Below are positions 1 to 8,866 of a stretch of 64,000 nt of DNA, one piece after another. The position numbers and the translations under genes are program-made. The notes under the pieces are model-generated. The model did no database searches and was not told where the DNA came from. It worked only from the letters and a program-made list of their open reading frames with translations. Source of the DNA: Vicinamibacterales bacterium (GTDB lineage Bacteria; Acidobacteriota; Vicinamibacteria; Vicinamibacterales; UBA8438); NCBI GenBank assembly GCA_965206705.1, contig CBDBKJ010000005.1, positions 642,979-706,978 of the forward strand, read 5' to 3'. Numbering within the stretch: the first letter of the stretch is position 1; the number at the start of each line of letters is the position of its first letter.

Positions 1-1
1 G

Positions 2-726
2 ATCGTGGGACTGTCCCGGTTCAATCTCCTGACCCATGATCGCGGCGGCAGTGTCGGCTTCGCCTTTCTCGGCAACTATCTGGCGCGTGAGGAGAAGGCA
101 TACGAGATCACCTATCACTTCATATCCAACGGCGGGCTCTTTCTTCCCCTGGCCAACCTGAGCCAGGGCCAGTACGACATTCAGCATCCGGTCCGAGGCG
201 CCGAGCTGATCCGGGAGCAGCAGGCCCGGCCCCGGGTGACGGAAGGCACGCCGCAGCAGGTCGCCTACGCCGACATCCAGGCCTTCAACGACGGGATCGG
301 CGCACGTCTCTACGTCGGAAAGTACCTGCTGGAGAGGACCGCGAACGAGTACCGCTGGCTGGACAACCTCCGCGAGAGCCCGATCCCGACGGCGCTCATC
401 TGGGGGCTTCTGGACACGGTGAACCCGCCCGCATCGGCAATCACATCTGGTACAACTACCTCGACAAGAGGGCGGTGGAAAGCAGCTACTGGCTGCTGCC
501 GACCGCCAATCACTACCTGCAACGGGACGAGCCTGGAGAGATGGCGGGGATCGTCCGCACCTGTCTGGAGGTGGGGATCCCGGCGCCGGAGGACGAGAAC
601 GCGTTCATGCGGACCCTGGCTCGGAACAGGACCGCGACCTCACCCGTCTACATGGGCCGCTCCATCGTCGAGAGCGTCTACTTTCCGGGGGCCGTCGCGT
701 ACTCGCCGGACGGGTACAGTTTCTGA
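2..726 (+). pseudogene. alpha/beta-fold hydrolase (haloacetate dehalogenase/epoxide hydrolase-like), 5'-partial at window edge, apparent frameshift near 428-432
   Basis: Frame 2 reads ...LLTHDRGGSVGF (nucleophile-elbow-like HDRGG) through ...ALIWGLLDTVNP, then loses sense. Frame 1 continues RIGNHIWYNYLDKRAVESSYWLLPTANHYLQRDEPGEMAGIV (ORF 475..726). Total length is not a multiple of 3. Confidence 0.6.
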
Positions 727-756
727 GGGTGAAGTCCGTTTACAGCACCGACACAA

Positions 757-2316
757 CTAACGGTCCGTCTCGCTGCCCAACGGTGTGCGGCCGGAGAGTA
801 TCTCGTAGAAGTCGTCGCGGGCGCCGGGGTCGGACGTGAACCGCGAGACGATGGGAATGACCGCGAGCGGCACGAAGAAAGTGAGATACGAGGGGTCGAG
901 GCCTTCGCCGTCGACGGTGAGGGCGTGCGCCAGGGTGCGGGTCACGAGCCCGGCCGACTCGGGGGCGGTGACCCCGGCGGCGAGGGCGATCTTGATCGCC
1001 GCGAACCAGATCAGCCCGCCCCCGTATCCGACCGCCATGCCCCACCAGGCTCCCTGCTCGGTGGTCCGGGGCCAGTAGATGAGATAGCCGAGGGCCACCG
1101 CCGGCGGGACCACCATGGCGAAGCCGAACAGCAGCAGGTCGAGGATCGAGATCGTCGTCTGGGTGGCCACGAACCAGGCGGCCAGCGCCGCCGCGAAGGC
1201 ATAGAGGGTCGTGGTGACGCGGTACGCCTTGAGCTGCTGCTCAGACGTCTGGCGGCGGGTGGACGGCAGCCAGTCGCGCACCACCATCGTGGCGCTCGAC
1301 AAGAGGATCGGGCCGCCGGAGGAGATGACCGCGGCCAGCACCGCGGCCAGCGCCACCCCGCCGACCAAGGGGTTGATCTCGGAAGCCAGGGTTGTGAGGT
1401 TGCGGTAGCCGCTCAGCCCGGTATCGAGACCGTAGCGGGCGGTGGTGAGGATGCCGATCAGACCCCCGAGCACCGACATCGCGGCCGCAATCAGCCCCCC
1501 GATCAGAAACGCCGGCGCGATCTGCCGCTCGGTGCGGGCCGCCGTCGAGTAGTTCGTGTACACCGAGGCGGCCGGCGTGTGCACCGCCGCCGCGAAGAAC
1601 ATCCCGATGACCGGGAGCCACCCGGCTCCGGCGACTCCCCACCAGGCTGACTCGTCCTCGGATGCCGCGGCCAGGTGGTCGCCGATGGCCGCGGTGACCT
1701 CGGGCCAGCCGCCGAGCTGGTCGATGCCCATCAGGCCCACCCAGAGAAGGCCGACCAGCACCACGGAGCAGTGGATGAGATTCGTCACCGCGGTGCCCCA
1801 CAACCCGCCCAGGGAGACGTAGGTGGAGAAGATGACGGCCGCCACCATGACCCCGCCGAACATCGACAGGGGGGTCAGCGTGCTCAGGATGACCCCGATG
1901 ACGTACGCCTCGATGAGGTTGACGACGGCGTACTCCGTCTGCACGCACAGGCTCGTGAGCCATTGGCACCGCCGCTTCACGAAGCGGATCGTGAACAGCT
2001 CGCCGACCGTCTGGAGCCGGAAGCGCCGGTAGTAGACGCCGAAGAAGAGCCCGACGATGGCCAGGGCGAGAAAGGTGTTGATGCCGTACCACCACAGGTT
2101 CCAGACGCCGCCGCTGATGACGTCGCCGGCCACGCCGTAGGTGCCGGCGCCCCCGATGCGGGTGCCGGCGACGCCGAACGCGACCATGGCGGTGGACATG
2201 CCGCCGCCGGCCACCGCCCAGCCCGCCGAGCTGCGAGCGCGGCGGGCCATGAGGCTCCCGACGGTGGTGGCCGCCACGAGGTACACGACGATGGTCGCGG
2301 GCGCGATCACGTCCAT
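757..2316 (-). CDS. sodium:solute symporter (SSS) family transporter
   Basis: 519-aa polytopic hydrophobic protein. The N-terminal pattern (...GGGMSTAMVAFGVAG...WWYGINTFLALAIVGLFFGVYYRR...) is typical of the SSS family. Co-directional with the upstream selenoprotein gene. Confidence 0.8.
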   Translation of the reverse strand: MDVIAPATIVVYLVAATTVGSLMARRARSSAGWAVAGGGMSTAMVAFGVAGTRIGGAGTYGVAGDVISGGVWNLWWYGINTFLALAIVGLFFGVYYRRFRLQTVGELFTIRFVKRRCQWLTSLCVQTEYAVVNLIEAYVIGVILSTLTPLSMFGGVMVAAVIFSTYVSLGGLWGTAVTNLIHCSVVLVGLLWVGLMGIDQLGGWPEVTAAIGDHLAAASEDESAWWGVAGAGWLPVIGMFFAAAVHTPAASVYTNYSTAARTERQIAPAFLIGGLIAAAMSVLGGLIGILTTARYGLDTGLSGYRNLTTLASEINPLVGGVALAAVLAAVISSGGPILLSSATMVVRDWLPSTRRQTSEQQLKAYRVTTTLYAFAAALAAWFVATQTTISILDLLLFGFAMVVPPAVALGYLIYWPRTTEQGAWWGMAVGYGGGLIWFAAIKIALAAGVTAPESAGLVTRTLAHALTVDGEGLDPSYLTFFVPLAVIPIVSRFTSDPGARDDFYEILSGRTPLGSETDR

Positions 2317-2365
2317 GCGCGGACTCCTCCCGCCCGGCTCTGCCGGGGCGCGGCGCCGTCCGTCG

Positions 2366-2917
2366 TCATGGGCGGGCGGTCAGCGCGGCGAGGATGGCGT
2401 CTATCGCATCCCGCGCCTTTGCCCGCATCTCATCGTCGGTGGCGTCCTGAATCGGATGCGGCACGAACACCGAGCCGCTCGCGATCGCGGGCATGCCAAG
2501 GGCCTCCGCCTGCATCCGGGCGGCGCGGACGAACTCGCTCGACGCCACCATGACGGCGGGGATTCCGCGGGTCTCGTAGTCGACCATGTCGTGCACACTG
2601 CACGACGTGCAGGACCCTCAATCGGCGAGGGCCTGGATGACGGCCCGGCACCGCGCGCCCACCTCCTCCCGCAGGTCGTCCGGGGCCGGCTTGGTATAGG
2701 TCGGCTTGCGCAGGCGGATGACCTCGAGCGACGGCAGCCGCTCGCCGACGAGCCGCTCCACCTCGTCGCAGAAGACATCGCCCCGCGCCTTCGCGATGTC
2801 GATGATGCCCAGGGCGCCCTCGAGGCGGGCGGGCCGGGCCGCGGGCTGCCGCCCCATGGGGGCGCGTTCGTCGGTCGGGTCCAGAATGATCGGGGATTCG
2901 TCGCGCATGTGGTTCAT
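2366..2917 (-). CDS. UGSC-family selenoprotein; in-frame TGA (Sec) at 2618..2620; motif U-G-S-C-T-S-C
   Basis: ORFs 2618..2917 and 2366..2596 are in the same frame (2917-2596=321) and separated only by one TGA. Read-through gives ...AVIQALAD-U-GSCTSCSVHDMVDYETRGIPAVMV..., 183 aa. A UGSC family (seleno)protein is recalled from NCBI naming. The alternative start at 2908 has a better-spaced GAGGA. Confidence 0.7.
2591..2612 (-). promoter_or_regulatory. candidate bacterial SECIS hairpin(s) immediately 3' of the UGA
   Basis: mRNA sense is UGAGGGUC-CUGCAC-GUC-GUGCAG-UG-UGCAC. There are two overlapping perfect hairpins: CUGCAC/GUGCAG (loop GUC) and GUGCA/UGCAC (loop GUG). They start 8 nt after the UGA, with G-containing apical loops. 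Confidence 0.4.
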
Positions 2918-3016
2918 CCTCTGTGGCGGGGTGTTCCGGCTCGAGGGATGCTGCCGTCCACCACCGAGGGCCCATCTTAGCGCGGAAAGCCACGCACCGT
3001 TCTCCGGCGTCGGCGC

Positions 3017-4660
3017 CTATCCCGCGATCTCCCGCGTCACCGCCGTCGAGCCGGCGGCGCCGCTGGCCCAGCCGCCCAACACCGCCGAGAACTTGCCGGC
3101 GGTGCCCCCGGCCACGACGATCAGGATGTCGTCGTCGCGGCGGAACTTCGGCAGACGGGTATCGAGGGCCTCCGCCGTCGGCCGGCCGTCCGCGCCGAGG
3201 TACTCCGGCGGCAGGGCGCCGAGGGCCATGCCCTTCTGGCACTGCTCGTCCGGCAACAGCTCCCGCAGGGGCCTCGCCGTCACCTCCTGAATGCGGGTCC
3301 GGAGGTCCGCCTTGGTGTAGTTCTCCCGCGCGAATGTCCGTGCGTGCTCGGGACTGACCACCAGCAGCACCTCGCCCATGCGGTGCAGCTTGGGGTGCGC
3401 CATGGTCTCCAGGCACCACCCCATGCTGGCCCCCAGCGACCGCGCGGTCCGCGACAGTTGATCCCGGATCGCCCGCGGCGCCTCGCCGGCGAAGACGGTG
3501 ACGGTGCTCGTCTCCGCCGGAAACCCGCGCTCGACGTGCAACGGCTCCCACCCGCTGACTTCTTCGTGCTCGGCGATGCAGCAGGTGAACTTGCCCGGCT
3601 GCCCGAGGGTCGACATGTCGACCTCGCCGGGGCGCCCGCCGCCGACGTTGCGCACGAGAAGCTGCAGCGCCCGGCCGATGGTGGCGTTGGCCCGGAACCC
3701 CTGTCCGAAGACGTTGCCGCCGCAGTTGAGGCCGATGCGCTGGCGGATCGGCCCGTTGACGACGATGACGGGCGTCGCGAAGTAGGTCGTGGCCAGCACG
3801 CCGTGCAGATTGAACGTATCGGTGCACGCGGCCTCGGCGGCCGCGATGACCACCGGCAGATACTCCGGGCGGCAGCCGGCCATGACCGCGTTGATCGCGA
3901 CCTTCTCCACCGTGGCCGGGGCGAGGTTCGGGGGCACGTGGGCGACGACGTCGGACGCCGCCCGGGAGGTGCCTTCGAGCATCCGCAGCACCCGATCCTC
4001 GGTCGGGGGGACGACCGGGAGCCCGTCGCCGAGCCCCTGCGACGCCATGAACTCGAACGGATCGTCGTCGACGGGGATGCGCACCCGCCGGGCCCCCAGC
4101 GTGGCCGCGCCGCGCCGCACCGCGAGGCGGCGGGCCACGTCGGGGTCATGGATCTTCGAGCCGCACCCCGGACGATGCTCGGGCAGACCGTCCTCGTCCC
4201 GGACGATCTCGGGCGCGGCGACCCCGCACGCACCCGCCGCGTCCCGAATCAGGGCGATCAGGTCCTGCTTCACGAACCCCTCGAAGCTGCGCCGGACCCG
4301 GCGGGCCTCGCCGGCCAGGACCAGGGCCGGCACTGCATCGAACCCGTAGTCGGCCGACACCGTGAGGTCGGCGTCGAGGGCCACGTCGAAGCTCAGGCCG
4401 TGCCGGTCCACGAACCCGGCAGTGTCGGCGGCGGCGTCCTGGGAGACTCCCGCGAGCCGCAGGCCGTGCGGGCCGAGGGCCTGGTGAAGCCGCTCGATCA
4501 GCGGCGCCGTCAGGTCGCACGTCGCGCAATCGTGCTTGAAGAAGAAAATCAGGGTGGCCCCGGGGGCGTCGCCGTCGCCGTCGAACGCGAGGGTGGCGCC
4601 TTGCCCGTCGGCCAGCGAGAAGGCCGGCGCCTCGGCGCCGGGGGCGGGCAGGTCGGACAT
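3017..4660 (-). CDS. fusion protein: N-terminal thioredoxin-fold redoxin (AhpC/TSA-like, CATC) + ~390-aa uncharacterised C-terminal domain
   Basis: ATG at 4660 (MSDLPAPGAEAPAFSLADG...). ATLIFFFKHDCATCDLTAPLIERL is a redoxin CxxC region. The C-terminal part (GLGDGLPVVPPTEDRV...NLHGVLATTYFATPVIVVNGP...) matches no family I can name. Confidence 0.75.
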   Translation of the reverse strand: MSDLPAPGAEAPAFSLADGQGATLAFDGDGDAPGATLIFFFKHDCATCDLTAPLIERLHQALGPHGLRLAGVSQDAAADTAGFVDRHGLSFDVALDADLTVSADYGFDAVPALVLAGEARRVRRSFEGFVKQDLIALIRDAAGACGVAAPEIVRDEDGLPEHRPGCGSKIHDPDVARRLAVRRGAATLGARRVRIPVDDDPFEFMASQGLGDGLPVVPPTEDRVLRMLEGTSRAASDVVAHVPPNLAPATVEKVAINAVMAGCRPEYLPVVIAAAEAACTDTFNLHGVLATTYFATPVIVVNGPIRQRIGLNCGGNVFGQGFRANATIGRALQLLVRNVGGGRPGEVDMSTLGQPGKFTCCIAEHEEVSGWEPLHVERGFPAETSTVTVFAGEAPRAIRDQLSRTARSLGASMGWCLETMAHPKLHRMGEVLLVVSPEHARTFARENYTKADLRTRIQEVTARPLRELLPDEQCQKGMALGALPPEYLGADGRPTAEALDTRLPKFRRDDDILIVVAGGTAGKFSAVLGGWASGAAGSTAVTREIAG

Positions 4661-4815
4661 GGCGAGAAGTTTACCTTGATGCGGCGGTTCCCGGTTCCGC
4701 GCGTGCCGAGCGCACCGGTTCCGCCGCCGGCTGGGGTACCATGTTCGCCATGGGCAAACGAGTCGCATTCGTCTTGGGGCTCGCGATCGATCCTGCTCCG
4801 CAGGCGAAAGGAATC

Positions 4816-5211
4816 ATGAGCCGAAACGTCTTGCTGTCGTTGATGCTGGCCGCCGCGGCCGGTTCGCTGGGTGGGTGCGACTCGCTCGGTTCTCTCAATC
4901 CCTTTTCGCCCGACGATGAGGACTTGCATCCGGTATTCGCAGAACTGGTTCCGGACCAGACCTGGACGGTCGATACCGCCGTCCACCTCTCGCTGCCGGC
5001 CGCTGGCGAGGGGAACCCGCCGCTGACCTACGGGCTCTCGCCGGAGCTCCCCGCCGGACTCACGTTCGACGCCGCCGCGCGGACCGTCACCGGTACGCCG
5101 ACCGCCGTCCTGTCTATGACCACCTACATCTATACCGTCACCGACGACGACGACGATACCGCGTCGATGCAGTTCCAGGTCACCGTCGTCGCGGCATCCG
5201 GTTCCGGATAG
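4816..5211 (+). CDS. small lipoprotein with putative Ig-like (cadherin/dystroglycan-type) domain
   Basis: MSRNVLLSLMLAAAAGSLGGC has a lipobox (LGGC) after a GAAAGG RBS. LTYGLSPELPAGLTFDAAARTVTGTPT is the classic putative-Ig-domain repeat signature. Confidence 0.65.
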   Translation: MSRNVLLSLMLAAAAGSLGGCDSLGSLNPFSPDDEDLHPVFAELVPDQTWTVDTAVHLSLPAAGEGNPPLTYGLSPELPAGLTFDAAARTVTGTPTAVLSMTTYIYTVTDDDDDTASMQFQVTVVAASGSG

Positions 5212-5388
5212 ACCAGTTCATCGAACCGTTCCGCAACGTCCGGTGCGAACGTCCATGGCCGTTCGACCGTGGGCTTCAGTACCAGAGCGGCAACCGGGTT
5301 GAGATGGTTCGCGGGCGACGCGATATCACAATGGGAGACTTCATCGTCGTTCGTCCTCACAAGTCAACGGGGACGGAGCCCGTCCGGG

Positions 5389-7566
5389 TCATGACGACGC
5401 ATTTCTGTTGACCTTGCGAAAGGTGAGCGAAATGCGGCGCTTTCGTTTCGTGCGTTTCTCACCCGGCCCGCCGGGTTCGCTCTTTCTCTTCGGCAATTCA
5501 TGCGTCCATTCACGACGAGCCTCGCCGCTCATGACTGCCACACTACGTCGCTCGAGCGGTTGTTCGACCTTCTTCTTCGCTCGCCGTTTGCGGAAAACCA
5601 TCACCCAGGACTCCAGCAGGCTGATGGTCGCGATGCTGTCGGCGAAGCTGATGCTATCCACATGGGCGCTGATGCCCTGATCCTCAATGTACTCGTTGAC
5701 GATAACCTGATCGGGACGCTGTGGCACGAGTCCTTCCGAAACAAGGCGCCGCGCCAGTGCGTCCGCCCAGTCCGGAAGCGGGCCAAGCCGCATGGATGGG
5801 TCGACGTGACGGGCCTTGTAGTCGTACCGCCACCCGTAGTGCTGAACACGCCGAGACAGTTCGGTTTTCCATTCCTGCTGGCCGATGCACGTGACCAGCA
5901 TTTCCTCGTCGTCAGCACTCAGGAAATCCCGCACATACACCAAACCGGGCACGGTCAGCCGTTCGGGTTGCGTGCTGGGGACCGGCAGGAGAGGCGGATT
6001 CGGTAGCGGCCCGGCCTCCGTGGCGACGAGGCGCCGGAACCGGCCGACATCGAGCCCCTTCTCCACTTCCTGGTTCGGCGGCAAACGCAGCCGCACTTCC
6101 CCCTGAACCTCGATCCGCGCTTCCGGAGTGTCGAGTGTACGCACCGCGCCGGGGCCAACATAGGGAATCTGCACGTCCCTCAGGACAACCTCCCCAAAAA
6201 CGCACGGCCAGTTGCGTTTCGTCGCGAGTTTCAGGGCTTCCCTGCGAACCTGCGCGTTCCTGATATCGATCCCGAACCACCGGCCGCGTGCATGCTCGGG
6301 TTTGGCGAAGAAGTCCCTGCCGCCCCAGGACAGGATGATGTTGCCGCCGGCTCGCCGCCATTGCGGCATTTTGGCCAGGGCGGTCGGCCAGCGAATGCCT
6401 CGTGATCCGGCGGCAGTCAGGCGCAAGGCGTGAATGGAAAGCAGTTCACGTTGCAGCGCTTCTCCCCGAAACTGCACATCGAGCCCGCGATACCCATGAA
6501 GAAGACCGCACAGGGTCGCGGCGGACCACCCGATTCCCGGCGGGATCTGCGGCAGGTCCTTGAACCACGTCTTGAACCTCGCCGGCGCGGGACGGGCCAG
6601 CACCAGTTGAATCGCTATTCCGACGGGACAGTGCCGCCAGTTCTGGAGCTGAACGACCGACTCGGCGCGCAAGATCCTGGTCGTTGCGTCCAGCCACGCC
6701 GTCGTCTCGCGGCCGTCCTCTGGCCTGCCCTGCAGCGCCTCCTCATGAATACGGGTCGCCAGTTCCCGGGCATCGACACGAGCGCCGGCCGTCTGGCCAC
6801 GAAAGACCTCCACGGCGGCCAGCCAGAGACGATCGTGCCGGCTGGCCGGAACGGCGTCATCCAGCCGTCCCCCCCAGGGTGGCAGGCACCACCACGAGGC
6901 ATCCACCTTGGCCGCCATGGCGGCCAAGGCCGATCGTTGAGGGTCCAGGCTCGCCGCAAGCGTGTCCAGCCAGAGATCAATCCGCGGGACGCCCCACACG
7001 GCCATGCTCATGGCGCCGTGGATGGCATCCAGTTCGTCCGGAATGCCGATGCCCGTCGTCGCTATTGAAGGGTAGCTCTTCAGGTCGACGCGGTCCCCCG
7101 GGTCGGCCTCGACTTTGACCAGCTCTTCGGGCAGTGCGAGATTGGAGGCGCGTCTCGCCATGCCTGCAAGCCGAACACGCTCTTCTGCGGTCGATACCGA
7201 GATCTCCGAAATGGCGAACACCGGCAGGGCGCCGGGCCAATAGAGGGCGTGGTCGGTTGGTTGGACTCCGCCCAGGCGGCAAAGCCGCCAGCGTTCGTTC
7301 CGCAGAACGTGAATATCGAGGTCGGGCAGCTTTGCCGGATCGAGTCGTGCGTGAACAGGTATCGAATGCACTGCGTCGGACGGGTGTTCGTCACGCGCGT
7401 ACGCTCCGACTCCGATTGGCTGCCCCCACGACGACCGGGGTCGCAGCCAGCCGTCCTGAAGCGCATCGAACAGACGTCGATTGTCGGTGGCCAGTCCGAG
7501 CCACCGGGAGTCCGGTTCGCGGCTTTCAGAAAAGTCCATCGGCATCTGGGATTCGTGGATTGTCAT
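5389..7566 (-). CDS. 725-aa protein: ~535-aa N-terminal region of unknown function + C-terminal AlkB-type 2OG/Fe(II) dioxygenase domain (approx. 5392..5958)
   Basis: C-terminus: ...RVQHYGWRYDY...VIVNEYIEDQGISAHVDS (HxD)...REWTHEL (distal His)...RRISLTFRKV (RxSxTFR 2OG-binding). The start overlaps the upstream gene's stop (7563/7566). Confidence 0.8.
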   Translation of the reverse strand: MTIHESQMPMDFSESREPDSRWLGLATDNRRLFDALQDGWLRPRSSWGQPIGVGAYARDEHPSDAVHSIPVHARLDPAKLPDLDIHVLRNERWRLCRLGGVQPTDHALYWPGALPVFAISEISVSTAEERVRLAGMARRASNLALPEELVKVEADPGDRVDLKSYPSIATTGIGIPDELDAIHGAMSMAVWGVPRIDLWLDTLAASLDPQRSALAAMAAKVDASWWCLPPWGGRLDDAVPASRHDRLWLAAVEVFRGQTAGARVDARELATRIHEEALQGRPEDGRETTAWLDATTRILRAESVVQLQNWRHCPVGIAIQLVLARPAPARFKTWFKDLPQIPPGIGWSAATLCGLLHGYRGLDVQFRGEALQRELLSIHALRLTAAGSRGIRWPTALAKMPQWRRAGGNIILSWGGRDFFAKPEHARGRWFGIDIRNAQVRREALKLATKRNWPCVFGEVVLRDVQIPYVGPGAVRTLDTPEARIEVQGEVRLRLPPNQEVEKGLDVGRFRRLVATEAGPLPNPPLLPVPSTQPERLTVPGLVYVRDFLSADDEEMLVTCIGQQEWKTELSRRVQHYGWRYDYKARHVDPSMRLGPLPDWADALARRLVSEGLVPQRPDQVIVNEYIEDQGISAHVDSISFADSIATISLLESWVMVFRKRRAKKKVEQPLERRSVAVMSGEARREWTHELPKRKSEPGGPGEKRTKRKRRISLTFRKVNRNASS

Positions 7567-8678
7567 GACCGCTCCAGAATATCCGGACTCGGCAACGCGT
7601 CCACCGCTGCTTGCGTGAGGGAATCGGGTCCGTACACCAGAAACAGGCTGTCACGAGCGCGGGTGCACATCATGTACATCGCGCGTAGATCCGCTGCATT
7701 CTTGCACGGCAAGAAACGATCCAGTTCCAAGAGGAAAACCGTATCGAATTCCTGGCCCTTTATGGATGCCTTGTTCAGCAAGGTCACGCCCGGTGAGAGC
7801 AGGTCTATTCTCCCTTCGTTTTGCAGATCGCTTCTGTATATATCAACGCGCTTGCCCTCCAGTTTGCGGACGAGCAAGGCGTGCAAGGCATCGCCGGTGC
7901 CGTTTTGATCGACGACGATGCCAACGCTGCCGCCACGCACGACGCACCAGTTCGACACCAGCTTGGCTGTGGATTCAAGGCTCGCCGATCGGTAGAGTCG
8001 GGGACGCTCGCCAGAGGTTGGGCGGAGCACCGTGGCGGCGGGCAGACCGCCCCCATGGAAGTGCTCGGCCATCCTCGCCACTTCCGGCGCATTCCTATGG
8101 TTTTTCGTCAGAATAAGCGGGTCATTCAGGCCGCTTGCGGTCTTGATGTCTGCGAGCGACGTGCATTGATCTGCGATCGCTTGATCTTCGTCCGCAAAGA
8201 CGGACATTGTTCCTGATACACGCGAAGCGTATCTGAAAAAGCCATAAGGAAGGTCTTGCCCCTCATCCACGACAAGGTGAAACCGTTCAGGGCCATGGTC
8301 AGGCGTCAGGCGTGCGAGCATCACGTCCCAATCATGAACATACTCCTGAAGCTGCGGTGGTGAGACGCCAGTTCGCTGTTTGAAGTCATGCCAGATAAAG
8401 GTATGCATCGTACTAGCTTCCGGAACGATGCGCATTTCGCGATCCGTTGCGGACTCCTTCATCTGTTCCAGCAAGCGCCGCAGCATACGATTGTAGGTGA
8501 CGAGTTTGACGGCCAGCCCCGACCCCGCCTCCACCAGCATCCGGGCCCGGTGCAGGGCAAGGACGGTCTTGCCAGAACCCGGAGGCCCCACAACGAACAG
8601 CGACCGGTCAAGGGGGTATTCCAGTACGTTGAGCTGGTCCTGCGCATTGGCGATTTCGTTCCAGGTGGGAAGCTGCAT
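7563..8678 (-). CDS. SF1 UvrD-like helicase/ATPase (short, ~371 aa)
   Basis: Walker A VVGPPGSGKT, Walker B HLVVDEGQDLP, ADEDQAI, KNHRNAPEV, IKGQEFDTVFLLE and MCTRARDSL. Start chosen at MQLPTWNEI (8678); the upstream extension to 8834 runs through a repeat and looks non-coding. Confidence 0.8.
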   Translation of the reverse strand: MQLPTWNEIANAQDQLNVLEYPLDRSLFVVGPPGSGKTVLALHRARMLVEAGSGLAVKLVTYNRMLRRLLEQMKESATDREMRIVPEASTMHTFIWHDFKQRTGVSPPQLQEYVHDWDVMLARLTPDHGPERFHLVVDEGQDLPYGFFRYASRVSGTMSVFADEDQAIADQCTSLADIKTASGLNDPLILTKNHRNAPEVARMAEHFHGGGLPAATVLRPTSGERPRLYRSASLESTAKLVSNWCVVRGGSVGIVVDQNGTGDALHALLVRKLEGKRVDIYRSDLQNEGRIDLLSPGVTLLNKASIKGQEFDTVFLLELDRFLPCKNAADLRAMYMMCTRARDSLFLVYGPDSLTQAAVDALPSPDILERS

Positions 8679-8729
8679 GTCGGTTTTCTCAAAGTTGAAG
8701 GGTGTCTTGCGCAGCGCGGTGAAACAGTG

Positions 8730-8779
8730 CGTATCTAAGCGGGGCGGTCGTACATGGTTCCAGTGCTTCTCTCCGCCTC
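8730..8779. repeat. direct repeat copy 1 (50 nt)
   Basis: CGTATCTAAGCGGGGCGGTCGTACATGGTTCCAGTGCTTCTCTCCGCCTC. Identical to 8956..9004 except for one extra G in the G-run. Confidence 0.85.
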
Positions 8780-8866
8780 CGAAGGACCGGAGCGCAGCGG
8801 AGGACGCGCGATTGTTCCGCCCGCAGCAAGCCACCGCACGCCCGCCCCGGAAGCGGAATCCGCGGG

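Noticed and set aside
5130-5360. 76-aa minus-strand ORF between the lipoprotein gene and the AlkB-fusion gene
   Set aside because: It overlaps the 3' end of the better-supported lipoprotein gene, and has no RBS or motif. Probably non-coding.
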